Below are positions 24,601 through 39,600 of a stretch of 62,460 nucleotides of DNA, piece by piece. The number at the start of each line of letters is the position of its first letter. Positions within the stretch are counted from its first letter, which is position 1. A model generated the notes under the pieces. It was not told where the DNA came from. It worked only from the letters and a program-made list of their open reading frames with translations, and did not search any database. Position numbers and translations under genes: made by a program. The DNA comes from Veleropilina oligotropha (Eukaryota): assembly GCA_048128005.1 (NCBI GenBank), contig JBEUKZ010000076.1:62001-124460 (forward strand), in the 5' to 3' direction.

Positions 24601-27600
24601 TGCAGAGATCGACGACTATTGACGATCTTTTGATTACATAACCGTTGTCCAGCGCTGTCGATATACAACCCGCCCCAGGCTTAACTCGAGTCAGTGCGAA
24701 ACTCGTTGTGGCAATGGCATTTTGGGCAAGTTTCCCCGGGCAACGTGGATTTCCTCCCGCGATAATACAAGAATGAATGAGCGTCGCAACATTGTGTTTC
24801 ACCTGCAAGTTGATACTCTTCTCTCTTTCAATAAACACAGAAATGCAGTACGGACTCTTTACTCAGACATTTGGTAATGTTAACATTGTATAGTTCATTT
24901 GGGTCTTCTCCACTGTCCCGACAAATTTAGTAAAGCATCAAGTAGCGAATAACTATATTAATCATAATGAATCGGGCAACGTTATGTTACACGTCCGTTT
25001 TTAATACGTTGATTATATTCTATAGGAAAACTGCTTAAAGGATTTGTGAAGATGAATTCAGTGTCGATTTTGCATACATCCGTAATGATTAAAGCGCACT
25101 GATTTTAAGAAGTGCAATGTCGAGTCGTTTTTTGTCATGAGTCTCGTAGAAAGTCAAAACATTTACTGCAGAGTAATGTCGCATTTCGTTTGGCTGAAGG
25201 TAGATAAAACAACAGCAAAATATAAGTTATTGATGGTATTTCGAACGTAATGGACGAAAATATAATATAAGCGCTATTGGATAGAATGTGCGGATAATGA
25301 ACGCTGAGAATCCCCATCACCATGACGCAGTTGTTGAACACGACAAAAGATCCAAACATTGTCGCCATCGGACGGAAGTTCATTCGGAACCGCCTATTCT
25401 TATCTGTTGCTTGCGGATCGTTGATGATTGCAGGAGTGGTTTTTGCTTGTCTGAACACGGTTTGTGTCATCACAACGAAAAATACGGTGAATGCAAATTG
25501 CAAAGCTATTGGCATAATGACCATGTACGCATATGTCACGACAGGTGGCAGAATGCTCGTTCCACATGCATCGATCTCTGTAAATCCAAGTCCGGCATCG
25601 CAGGCCGCGTATATTATTGCCATCAATACCAACGGGACCAACCATAATCCCACCAAAGCGCCGATCTTGAATCTTCTTGTTAGTAATTCTTCTGCACGCA
25701 AAGGAGAATAAATGTACAACGAGTGGACCACTGCAAAATACACGCAATGCAAATTGCTGTATGTAAATAGAGTTATGATGCTCAAACTCACCAACAAGCA
25801 AGGAAAATAATGCAAAAATGTATTCGGCTGCCATATATACGCCGTATGGAGTGCGACAACAGATTGGGACATCAAACATGTTCCAACTACGCAGCTCATT
25901 TCAAGACCGCGAAGAGGTCGATTTTCCTTCCAAAACGCCCAGGCCATGATGAGACTAGACACAGTATTCGATATCCAAATAAAGCTTCCGATCACCGTAA
26001 ATACAATGGAGCTTGTTGTTCCGAAAATTGGCGTGGAAATACTCATTATGGAATCGGTCCGCAGGATTTGTCACGTTTGCAACATGAAATATACTTAACG
26101 CTCAAAACTATGCTATTATACGCTGGAATGGTCTGTCTATATGTACAGAAATCATTTTGTAGAAATGTAAAATATCACCATCAAAATCACTGGTAATGTG
26201 ATACTACATGTTTATCAATTATCCATATTGCTACAGAATGACGGCATCAAATTTTACCTTTCGTTTGTTTACGCAATTTGGTTTGACATTTTGATAATGA
26301 TAACGTTACATGCATTTGTATTAATATTTATCTAAGACATCGGCTGCCAGGAATTGATGAATGCATGTTTGCTTTAACTTTGTCAGCACAGTTAGCTAAG
26401 TAGAATGCTAATCATCTAATGGATATAACATTTTTGACCTCTGAACGAAATTGTATTAATATGGCAATACTAATGAAATATTAACATAACATGTATTGTG
26501 TTATTTGTAATTGCACGGATGTAAAAAAATGATCATTATGGTTCGCTGAAAATGCAAGATAGAGCAAGGGAAGTAAATTTAATCTGATTGGAATTTCATG
26601 TTCCGAAATAGATCTCACACTGCCATACGATTATCACACGTATTATAAAGTACATTCCATAGTTTTATAATTTCTTATCCCGGTTTCACCTACTTTAGTT
26701 GTAAGGAAAATTTAGAGTCCAATCCTCATTTTCCAACGCGGATAATTTACATTAGAAATCATTCCATTGCGTTGTAAATTGTTTACTTAGAACAGTCATG
26801 TCTTACATACTTGATACCATGTTACAAATACTGTCAATCTTTCTTTTCAGTTTCGTCTCACCAAAGGACAACATAGGCTCAAAGATCTATTGTGATTTAA
26901 TTAATAATATCATTGATTAATTTAAATGAAATGTAATGTGTTATTTCCAGAGCTTGCTAATTGAGTAAATAATATTTCGTATGTATTGTTTCATTTTCAT
27001 GATTGGTAAAAGAATATGGTCTAAATTAGACACTGTAATCGATAATCATTAAAATTAAAACAAACCGAACTGTCTTTTAGATTGACATATGGTGCTGCAG
27101 ATTTCGTAACTAAACAATTATGTTTTTCAGATTTTAAACCAAATTTCGCGAGATTTCCCGTCGATACGTTTATGAGTGGGGCGTTATCGGGAAACAGGAC
27201 CATTGTCTGTCGTCCGGAAGGCGCTCCGTATCCAACGATCGAGTGGCTAAAGAATGGAAGAAACCTTAATCTGGTAGCAGACGACACTACGTCACGTGTC
27301 AGAATGCTTGCAAATGGGAATCTGTTGTTGTCTCAGTTGCAACAACAGGACCAAGGAGAATATACCTGCAAAGCGACAAATGACCTGGGGTCAACGACAA
27401 GTACAGGGACACTCACCATCTCAGGTAGGGTGTTTATGTTCCCGGTAGTCTCAGTGTGATAGTAATTGCCTAATGTCAACTTTTCAGATTGAGGAATGCT
27501 ACAATGTCAACAAATAAATAAATTTATATAATATAGAGGGGATCTCACATGAGAGGTCATTTAATATCACATTTATGAAACAAGTTAACTAATCTTCATA

Positions 27601-30600
27601 TTTTCCGAGGTTTCACCGAGGAAAATATGAACATTAGTTAACGAGTTTCATAAATGTGATATTAAATGACCACGAATGTGAGATTCTTTTTATCATATAT
27701 CCTAAATTTATAAAAAAGCAAGCTGTAGGCCTACATGCAACATTGACTTTAAGTTTGTTGACGCGTTCTAACATAATTATGCGGCGTAGGAATATTGCAT
27801 AATGTGAATTGTAAATTGAACGTTAACGTCATGAAAATGCTGCAATGGATGTGAAAAATAACCCCAGTTTTACCTAATCTATAAACTATAAAGAGTAAAA
27901 ATTGCTGTTAAAAAAAAGAACTAATGTTGCTTAATCAATATCATACTTATCAAGTAAGCTCTATTAAAATAGCATTCAATGCGCGAGGCTTCGGTGTCTA
28001 TTTCATTATGTCGTCGGGAAGTTGAGCGAGTTGTCTTCTGCTATCGAATCAACTTCGGCAACTTACATATAAAGCATCACAATCGGCTTTGTATATATGT
28101 TCACAATTATAAACACGTTTTCACAATAATTGTATATATATGCAACGTTAATATGTTAATTTAAATCTAAATTTGATTCGAAGCATCAGAAAATGGCGAC
28201 CATTCTCTCGAATGAAATGAACACCGATTTCGCTCAAGTGCTTCTATAATTGCTGTGAATGAAATGTACACCAACAGACTGCATAACGGAAAGTAAATTG
28301 GAAACTATACTACATTGAATTTTGCATGCTATGATAATCGGGAGTTAAACGAACTTACGTAGATATCTGCACCTAATAGTTTTACTATATATTGATCGTT
28401 AGTTGCACATACGAGTACTATTCCTGCAACACTGAAATAACCACGTTCATAGTAAATATCGTAGTATTGAAAGAAGTCCTCAATTACTCTCAATGACCTC
28501 TTGTGACCCTTTCTACAATTGTCTGTTCGGTCCCATTGATTAAATTATCCAATCAAAATTACACAGAAAGCCACAAGTTACATGTGTATTATCGTTTTTA
28601 TTAAACACTTTGTTGCTATGTAAAATGACCCGGATATATGATAAAGCATATTATTCATTCAAATGTTCCCGGCGCGTCACAGACTCGCAACGTAAAACTA
28701 TGTTATCCTTATACTCGTTCATTGCTGATCCAAAACTTGTCTGGGTAGAGTGGGTAGAGTGTCCACTCTAAATTCACTGGCTTGTTTCCGCTGACGCGAA
28801 CAGTAGTGGGATCGACCCCCGGCTGAGGCAGCACACATTTGTTCAAGTTATGAAGCACAGTTGTCCGTGACTGGGCGAAGAGGGCGGGTTTACCCGGCGA
28901 CCGGGGTTTCCTCCCGCGATAACACGGACATGTCCTGCCTTGAACCTCTATGTTATAAATATACAGGACATTAAGCATAATTCCTCCTCCTCCTCCAAAA
29001 CTTGTCTAATTGAGTGGCTATCAGTTATTACCTTCTCAGTAGGAGGAAAGGAAAAGATGTATATTTCCAAATATCTTTTGGTTCAAAGCAGGACATGTCC
29101 ATATTTTCGCGGGAGAAAAGCCCGGGATAACCCACATCCGACCAGTTACGGACAACTGTGATTCATAATTTGAACAAATGTGTGATGTCTCTGCCGTTGT
29201 TCGTGTCAGCTGAACCAAGACAGTGACTTTTCGGAGTCCATAACAGAAACCAAAAGACTGTCGAAGGGATCCCGCAGTAGGAGGAAGGTCCGACGGTATT
29301 GCAAATAGATCTGTTTGGCTGTTTATTCCTTTATTTGTCCGCGAGCGTATATAAAAACTATTGGTTGATTGACTTGAGTGTCCAACACAAGATATTACGT
29401 ATCATTGCCGCCTCGCATCTGAAACGGATCGAAATGCAGCTCCCGATATTATTCAGAAATTTCCGCTCTTCCATGTTTAGGATCTATAGATAAAACTCTT
29501 CATCGTCAAAACTTTCGAATAGCATCATCGTGTTCCCCATCAAACACAACATTATATGATAATGTCCCATCTATTGGACGACAGTTTGCAATCTCAGATT
29601 GTTGAAATAGCGTTCCTTTGTCTCAATTGTTTCGATTTAATTGTTTACTTTTACACAAGATTGGATATATATGTGAAGCGGTTTTCCTCAATGACCCGAA
29701 TCGGATCTGGATTTCATGAAACAATGTGCGCTTTTCGTGTTTTTTGCGCTATCGTTAAAACTCTTCTTCATTGAGACTTTCGGGTAGCGTCATCGCTTTC
29801 ATAGTCGAAATGCTTACTATTTTGTATGTGTCCCATCGTTTTCCGCAATGGTAGATTTATTAAGACTTTTGTAGAGTCCGCATCTTATTGTCTTGGTACC
29901 GAATGCTGAATGAACAGTGAATATCATGAAATGGGGATCGTCACCCGGACGAGAGTCAGCAATATCTAATTGTCTTGTTTGGGAACTTGGATGTTAGTGA
30001 TTCAGGCGCTACATTTTTGATGTACTTATATATTTTTTTCAGTGCAAATAACCTTGCAAAGAGTGCCTTCTAATACCCATGTCAACATCAACGAAACAGC
30101 CTTTCTTTACTGTCAGGCCTCATACAATTCGTACTACGATATGGTTTACACTTGGAAGTTTAATGGACTTTTAATCGACCCGAATCGAAGGGATCGCCTG
30201 GATATTGTGAGTTGATAGTATGTTAAACTGAGATCGTCCTTGCTCTCCATTTAATCATGGGTAAGTACAAGTTCACTGAGAACATCACATATGATGTTTC
30301 GAGCTGAATGGTAATCGATCCCTGTCTCAATTGAATGGTAAACATTAACTTTTCAGTCAAACGCCTCCAGTCATTGGATCAGGGGCCGCTTCGGTAGCGC
30401 AGTGGGTAGAGTGTCCACTCTAAATTCACTGGCTTGTTTCCGCTGACGCGAACAGTAGTGGGATCGACCCCCGGCTGAGGCAGCACACATTTGTTCAAGT
30501 TATGAAGCACAGTTGTCCGTGACTGGCCGAAGAGGGCGGGTTTACCCGGCGACCGGGGTTTCCTCCCGCGATAACACGGACATGTCCTGCCTTGAACCTC

Positions 30601-33600
30601 GATGTTATAAATATACAGGACATTAAGCATAACTCCTCCAGTCAATGGAAGTAAAGCACTGTCATCTGATGTGAGATTGAAACGCGATAACAAACTAGAT
30701 ACCCCAAATTGGCACTATTCGAGTATCAATAACCTTACCAATATGGATAATCATAACCATATGGGAAATTTAAGAAATGCAAAGCATTATTCAGTCATTA
30801 TTTTACATTTTTGTGGAAATATTTCAGTCATTTGGTGCGCCAGAATTGAACCTTAAAATATCGTGTCAAATGAAAGCAAGTATATTATGGGTACATTGGA
30901 CTCACATATAACTGGCTATGGTGGCTGTGGAAACTTGTATGTTTACTAATATTTATATATATATGACAACATCTGGAGATATGATATAATAAATGGGTAA
31001 CAGGCAACGACCCTACCATGTTAAGCGCACATTATTCACCGATGGAAAGCTCGAAAGCACAACATTACTTCTATCTTTTTACTTCCATTTACAGTTTTAA
31101 AGATGGAAAGCTCAAAAGCTCTTATATCTTTTCAACTTTTGCTTAAACAATAAAAAAGGAGAAGGTGATAACTGCTTCCAACAATCTACTATATGTTTAT
31201 TTTTTTTATCCACAGGCGCAATTTTCCATTTTCTGAACAAACACTTCATGTAAGACTCACGTGATAAATATTATAATGGTAACGAACCCTGCTTGCTAAC
31301 ACTAACCCTAATTCCCAGGGAATATACACAGTTTAGGGTTAATAGGCATATATTCCATGGGGTTATAGACGCAGTTTAGGGTTAGGCATATATTTCATGG
31401 ACATTAGGGTCAGCATTGTTCGTTACCATTATTCAGTGTTGTCAAGCATGGTTGGAAAGTTAGGAGATGGAAACGATGACGAGCTTTTGAGCTTTCCATC
31501 TTTAAAACTGCACATGTAAGTAAGAAGTTAGAAGTAAACTAATGTTGTGCTTTTAGCAGCTTTCCATCAGTGAATAATGAAGACGGAAAGCTGAAATGTC
31601 AAATGTCACACGAACCGTGTTTGGGCTGATATGAATACTGTATTGGATCAATATACACATAGCCAATCTGGTTATATTTCAGTTCTAGGACATGACTGAA
31701 TTATTGCTGAAATTTTATATAAAACATGTAATCAATTATTCAATTAACATATGAAATACTTATGGCATTAGAAGATTTCTAATCCAACCGTCTGCTATTC
31801 ATTCCAGCACATGTCCGATAACAACAATGGCTTATACGTCCATGTCGCCCAGTACGCCGATTCCGGTGTGTATGAATGCATCGCGGAGACGATACTAGGT
31901 TCGGTGCATGCATCCGCTTCTCTTGTGGTCACAGGTAAATTATTATGCATTCCGTAAGTCCTATCGGTTTTGTAATAACTCGGAGGATGTGCATCATAGC
32001 ATTTCGTTAGATTAAACAATATTTTATTGAATCACAATATATACATACAGACAATACATTTGACAAAGTGTTAATAAATGCACAGATGGATCAAATACAT
32101 GGCTGTATGAGTACAAGAATCGTGTGCGACGATTGGACAACAGGACAAGCCTATGTAAGTCGTCTCGCCCAGTACGGAAAGTACACAGCATAGACAGAGT
32201 TATTAAAACATTATACAATTAATTAACTAGATAAACAATAAGTTTGAGCATAATCAATCATTTAAACATAACACAACTGTTTATTGAGTGTTGGTGTTCC
32301 ACAATGCATTAATCGGAATGAATTGCTTGGAAGATAAACGTGATCTCATTCCAAATGAACATATACATAGAATAAAAGTGATTGTTCAGAATATACAGTT
32401 AATTTGGTGTAAAATACAAGGTAATGTTTATCATAACGTGACGAACTTCGTTTCATTATGTTTAGATAAAACGTTCGTGGTTCGTGTGCTACTTCTTATT
32501 CTCTGTTATGTCGAATCAAATCTTATTATTATCTACAGTTTACATGCAATCGACGATAATATATTTCTAAAAATACATTGTGTTCGAGTTTCATATACAT
32601 TTTCTCACGATGTTCTTCCCCTATATCAGGCCCACCAGGCGAACCAGCGGGGGTTTACGGTGATGCAGACACGCTGACTAGTCACTCCATCCTCCTTCAT
32701 TGGACTCCGGGCGCTGATCACGGTAGCCCGATACAATACTACATGGTAGAAGCCTGGTTCGAGTACGTGAACGAATGGTCAGCGGTCAGTACAAGTAAGT
32801 ATTCAATATATGAATTATAGGACAATGGTTGGGATAATACGGTTTTTGACCCCGTTTCGCCCCTGCTTCTTCACCAGAGCTCTACGGCCAGCAGTTATAA
32901 TCAGATTTGCATTTGAAATGCACATTTCTGTGGTCATTCATTGGCCATTTATGTATTCGATATATCTGCACTGGAAATTAAGTTGTGGGATCGATGATAT
33001 TGATAATTTATGATGTTTGAAAATTATGCATAAAAAGTAAAAAATGTAATCAACTTTAAAATATACACTATTTGAATTATTGTTATTTTAATTAGTGAAA
33101 CTAGAAGATGTCATGTTTTTATTAGACTGATCTGTTATATACGGGATGCCAGGGCATTTGGCTATAACCACTATTTATAAATCATAATGCGTTTTATAAC
33201 TGATTATATGATAGCTTAACATGTCATGTATTTCCGTTCCATAGATATTCGTGATGCTTACACTATTGAAGCAGGAACAGAAAAGAGAGCAACTCTTGTA
33301 ATCGGCTTGAAACCGGCCAATGTGTACCGATTCCGTTTACGAGCTATTAACAAGTTCGGCATTGGTCTGTCAAGCATGCCATCTGGTAATTTACCGTAAA
33401 TATGAATCAGATATTCAAAATTTATGTGTACTCTCAGCAAACATTTGTGCATTAGATAATGCATCCCGATGACCGCGGTCATTGTTAATACAAAAACTAC
33501 TTGTGACCAGAATATTTGATCTGCATAATTATATTGTGTTTGGTCGAAATGACATTGCACTGGTCTTTTCGGCATTAATTAACTCTTAACACAAATAATT

Positions 33601-36600
33601 AACTGTTTGTGTTGCTCGACAAGACACGTTGCCACTCTATCCCGTAGAAAAGGAGTTCTATAAATAGGTACAGCCTCGAACGAGAAAAGTGGGAGGCTTA
33701 CATTTTCCTTACCATAAATTTCTGCACGTGCCTCTTTAAACATAAAATTCTAAAGCCAATGCAATGAGCGTACTTGTTCAATTCCGACATCAATCAATAT
33801 TTAAGGGGCGTGCTGATATGAAGTCCCCATTACTTGCACATTAACAAAGGAACCGGTAATCAAGGTCTTCCCTCTTTCAGCTATGTACAAAACACCATCT
33901 GCCTCTCCAACGAAGGCACCAGATGACGTCGAAGGTGGAGACGGGTCAGTCGGCACGCTGACCATTACGTGGAAGGTGAAAATATTAGTGGATTGACCTA
34001 TCCACATTTATACTATCGGTGGCTTGGTAATGTGAATGCATAGCTGATGACTTGTAAATGATGGACTATCGATGGTGTCGTCAGCATAGTAGCAATATAA
34101 AGCACTGTAATTTAAAACGATTACTTTTAAAAGAGCATTGTAACACTTTATTGTATTGTGGACGGGATTTCGGGCTTAACATCCCTAACCCAGCGGACGG
34201 TTTGTCTACAACACGCGAGCACTTTCTGGAATTGATACTCGTCCATATGCAACAGTCATCGTAATGGACGGGATCGATGCTGAATGTCCTGTATATCTAC
34301 AACCATCAGGGCCAAAGCAGGACATCGGGGAAAGCCCGGTCACCCGAGGAAACTCGCCCTCTCTGACCAGTTGCGGACAACTGTGATTCATAACTGAACA
34401 ATAACGGCTATGTCCTAACCGAGATTTGAACCCATTAGTGTTCATGTTAGCGGAAATCAAGCCAGCGATTTCCAAGTCTGTAAGCGAAACCGCACGGCTG
34501 TCGGGGCTGCCGGATCGGTCATCAGACTCAACGTTGCTTTAATGTTAATCACGATGAATGCGTATACATTAATTGATAATATCATAATAGCTTCAGATAA
34601 ACGAAAGAGGTAATTATATATACAGAGTTTGATAAACCATCTATCGTTCAGCTTGTTTCCACAGCCTTTAGAACTTCAAGATCAAAATGGACCAAATGTA
34701 GGATATAATATTTACTGGCACAAGCGAGGCCTATCAGCCAAAGATTGGATCAAGGTAAAATACGCGTCCTTAAGATTGGATCAAGGTAATATACGCGTCC
34801 TTAAGATTGGATCAAGGTAATATACGCGTCCTTAAGATTGGATCAAGGTAATATACGCGTCCTTAAGATTGGATCAAGGTAATATACGCGTCCTTAAGAT
34901 TGGATCAAGGTAATATACGCGTCCTTAAGATTGGATCAAGGTAATATACGCGTCCTTAAGATTGGATCAAGGTAATATACGCGTCCTTAAGATTGGATCA
35001 AGGTAATATACGCGTCCTTAAGATTGGATCAAGGTAATATACGCGTCCTTAAGATTGGATCAAGGTAATATACGCGTCCTTAAGATTGGATCAAGGTAAT
35101 ATACGCGTCCTTAAGATTGGATCAAGGTAATATACGCGTCCTTAAGATTGGATCAAGGTAATATACGCGTCCTTAAGATTGGATCAAGGTAATATACGCG
35201 TCCTTAAGATTGGATCAAGGTAATATACGCGTCCTTAAGATTGGATCAAGGTAATATACGCGTCCTTAAGATTGGATCAAGGTAATATACGCGTCCTTAA
35301 GATTGGATCAAGGTAATATACGCGTCCTTAAGATTGGATCAAGGTAATATACGCGTCCTTAAGATTGGATCAAGGTAATATACGCGTCCTTAAGATTGGA
35401 TCAAGGTAATATACGCGTCCTTAAGATTGGATCAAGGTAATATACGCGTCCTTAAGATTGGATCAAGGTAATATACGCGTCCTTAAGATTGGATCAAGGT
35501 AATATACGCGTCCTTAAGATTGGATCAAGGTAATATACGCGTCCTTAAGATTGGATCAAGGTAATATACGCGTCCTTAAGATTGGATCAAGGTAATATAC
35601 GCGTCCTTAAGATTGGATCAAGGTAATATACGCGTCCTTAAGATTGGATCAAGGTAATATACGCGTCCTTAATTCACACGTTAGATATAATCTGCTTGCA
35701 ATGGCTGCCAATATACGCGTCCTTAATTCACACGTGTTAGATATAATCTGCTTGCAATGGCCGCCAGCTGGTGTACTGAATAAGAGAGTGTTTCTATCAA
35801 TTCAAATAAGCATCAATCTCAACCAAACCAAACTATCTTGCAATTCCATGGTTGATTTAACAAGTTGGTATCCTTGATTAAAAAAAACGATAATTTTGTG
35901 CAAGGCAAAGTATATACGTTTTCAAAGGGGACTAGCATTTTAATCGTATACACTAGCGTCGTTTAATTATTTATGTATCAAGTGCAAGGCCCTGGTGCCC
36001 CCTTCGGTCCCTCGCTTCCACTCTGGAGCGTTGGTTAACTACCTCCCTCCGCCGCGAGGATACAATATGATAAAACGTTCATGGTAGAATTGAACCATCG
36101 TGGTTTTAAATGAATCTGACGGACGGGGGGGGGGGGGCGGTTCATGTTGTCCGGCCTATATCTCGGCTACCAAACATGTTACCTTGATTTCATGTGGTTT
36201 GCTAACTACCCTTATCATACGCTAGTGCATGGTGGCGAAATTTCATGTGAATGACCTTTGTTTGACCTTGCGGCAATGACCTTTGACCCTTAAATAGTGC
36301 CCGGGCCGGTTCTCGGAGACCAAACATGTTAGCCTTCTAATTTTTTTTAGGTGTAATGCCTATTATACAAAGCTGTGCATGGCAGTAAAATTTTGACCTT
36401 TGACCTCTGCGTAGTGACCTTCACAAATTTTCTATATTTAGATTTTTTTATTTTCGTAATTTTTTTATTTTTGGGGGCCAAACTATTTTTTAGGGTTACA
36501 TACGAAAAATGTCCTTTGGTCAAAGGTCAAGGTCACAGAGGTCAAAATATACTCGCAATTGGCATACTTTGTGAGACCCATAGCCTGGCTACTATGATAT

Positions 36601-39600
36601 ATTATGACATATGGACTACCCTTATCATACCCTAGATCATGGTGGGTAAATTTCACGGGAATGATTTTTGACCTTGCCAAAATAGCCTTTCACCCTGAAA
36701 TTTTGTCCGGGCTGGTTCTCGGAGATTCAGCATGGTAGCATTTTAATTTTGTTTATTTGTTGCCTATAACCCAAAGCTGTGCATGGCGACAATATAAAAT
36801 GTTTGTCATTTGGCCTTTGATCTTCACAAATATTCATATTTATATATTTTTATAATTCGTAAACATTTTTTTTAAATTTTTGCCAAGCTCTTTCTGTAGG
36901 GTTATTACATCATGTAACAGAGCGAAAAATGACCTTTCATCAAATGTAAAGGTCACAGAGGTGTAAATATACTCGCAATTTTTTTTTTTTTTTTAAATTA
37001 TTTTTTCATCCAAACTTCTTCATGATGGGCAGTTAGCACAGTGTTTAGCCAAGGGCTACTGGCAAGGTCAAGATCACAGATTTTATATGGCAATTCAGCA
37101 TGATAGCCTTTTAAGGCTGGGGTTCCTGATAGCCGGGCGGCTGTCTATTTTACATACTGTCTGATAATTGCGATCAAAAATATGCCTCAGCAAAGTTTTA
37201 GACGGAATTTTCTCTAAGTATACCATATAGTATTATCTTACTTTGGTCGCGTATCCTCTTTTCTGATTGGGTGACGTCATTTTACTAACTGAAGACACCA
37301 CTGTCAGGCATGGTACATGAAAGCTTATACCACGGCAGAAGTTTTATTGCTTGTGACATCTCTTGTCCATCAAAATGTTCTACTAACTGAAGACATGCCC
37401 CTGTCAGGCATGGTATATTATAAGTTGTTTTCCGATCACGAGGGTGACATCGGTGATTGTATTGCGCGTAGCGCTGAGAGGTACAACTTCCGGAAGGAAT
37501 ACAATCACCGATGTCACCCGAGTGATCGGAAGACAACGATTTTATCTTACGTTCAAATGAAATAAATGGTCTGAATATTGGCAGTATTTAATATGAACCA
37601 ACCCGTCTCTATTTTCCGTCAAGACATATTGCAAATATGTGACGTCACGTTGTTTACACACTTGCATTTGGGAAGAATACATTCAGCATCTGTTATTATA
37701 TCGAATGTTTTTAAATGCGGAGGTGCCTTTAAATATATATTAATTCCATGCCGTATCTCCTCTAATGTTGTCGTCTTATAGTCTATAGAGCCCCCCTTGC
37801 TTTGTCCTTAAATCGACGTAAAAGTGTCCCAGTATATCCGCTAGCCTTACTTTATCGAACTTTTCGAAATCTGTGTGTAATTTGTTTTCCTGTAGATATT
37901 CTCTAAATAAAACTGCTGCACATGTGTTGGATTTCTTTGTATTCCTCGGAATAATATGAGTAGGCGTCATCTGTTTCAGTCAAATGTAAACATTGCCATT
38001 TTCAATGCTTATTCTTCACGATTATGATTATAAATAACAACAGTGTTATGATCCAAATCAAGAGTTTGTTCAGTCAGCTTAGCATAATATCAAAGCAAGA
38101 TAAATACGGTGTCGAGAAACGTCTTGTTAAACCCGGTGCATTGAATACTTATAACGTTAAACGTTCAACGTCATGTGGTATGTTGTTCAATGCACCGTGG
38201 TTACCGCGAAGTCACCCGACGACTTATAATATAACGTCATGTTGCGGTTAATATCAGCGTTGATAGGTTATTGTTTGAACAATGTAAATGTTTAATTCGC
38301 ATTAATTCATACACTAGTTGTGATGAGGTAGTGTAATCTCCGAAATTCCGAAAACATTTAATGAGGGTGATACTCATGTGAGAAACCATCTGATTTATTT
38401 CAGAACACAATCTATGAAAATACAGGTGAATTAGTTATTACTGTTGGAATAGACAACTATTACCTCGAATACGAAGCCAAGGTGCAAGCCTTCAACGACC
38501 ATGGATCCGGGCCTAACTCCACCATAGCGACCATTCTCTCGGCTTCTGGGTGTGAGCATTATAAGAAAATACCATCTTATTGTTACTTGCACATGATTCA
38601 TTTATTTGTTAAATTTATTGTTATTGTATTATTAACATGTATTTATTATGAGCTTCCTCATACGAACGTATTTGTAGGTGGTTTGTGAATAGGAATGTTC
38701 CATAATGAATGACATGTTGATACATGTGATGAACGTTTTGGAAATAGAAGATTCGCTCAAAAAATATATGCACTCATCATTAATTCACTGACGTTTAATA
38801 GCATACTGTAAAACAATAAAATCAAATATAGTAAGACATCCTTGTATGATAAGAATACAACAGTTAAACAATAAAAATAACAATTTTTATTTCAAATCTG
38901 TCTTCCAGTGCCACTGGCCGTGCCAACTGATCTAGCTGTCGACTCAGTGAATTCAACAGCCTTGGAGCTTACATGGGGACCCATAAGCAAAGAACGAAAC
39001 TATATGAAAGGGAAAGTTATTGGATATAGGGTATATTTTTATATTTATTTTGGATTTAGTATTCTCTAGTAAAGAAAAAACAATTTTTGCTTATTTTATT
39101 CTACAATCTGGTAATATCTGTTGAAACATTAATTTTAATTATAAGCAGTTCTTGTGTGTTCATGCCCATATTAATTTAACAAATTGCTATAAATCATGTA
39201 TATTCGTGTGTGTTTGTCTGTGTTTCCATTTCCTTTATTAAAAATATATACGTCTCAGACATTGTCGTCATTGTAATGCAGAACGAAGGTACTTTCAACT
39301 TTACGTTATTGTTGCAGATAAATTACTGGGAGATGGATACACTGGAATTTCTCGGAACACACATTCCAGTACACGGGGATGTGACAACAGCTATTATCAT
39401 TGGCCTGATGATGGACACCAACTATTGGATCAATCTGCAGGTTCGATTGATTACAAGTTATAAGATTTTCTATATTGCAACATCGACACCAGGTACTTCA
39501 TTATTTAGACGGTTCGGCCACTGCCGGTTATCGAAAAGATTGGCTTGAGCCATTGTTGCTTGCTGATGTGGTGATACAAAAATCATTTATGTTGACGAAA

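Noticed and set aside
25288..26196. Plus-strand ORFs overlapping the nested receptor
   Set aside because: Antisense shadows of the 7TM ORF; they are not needed for the contactin reading frame.
30383..30480. tRNA gene
   Set aside because: tRNA-like head of a SINE with core, tail and TSD; no complete cloverleaf.
34741..35670. CRISPR-like array of ~30-bp repeats
   Set aside because: Head-to-tail units with no spacers, no cas genes, eukaryotic intron context; the unit derives from the exon-intron boundary.
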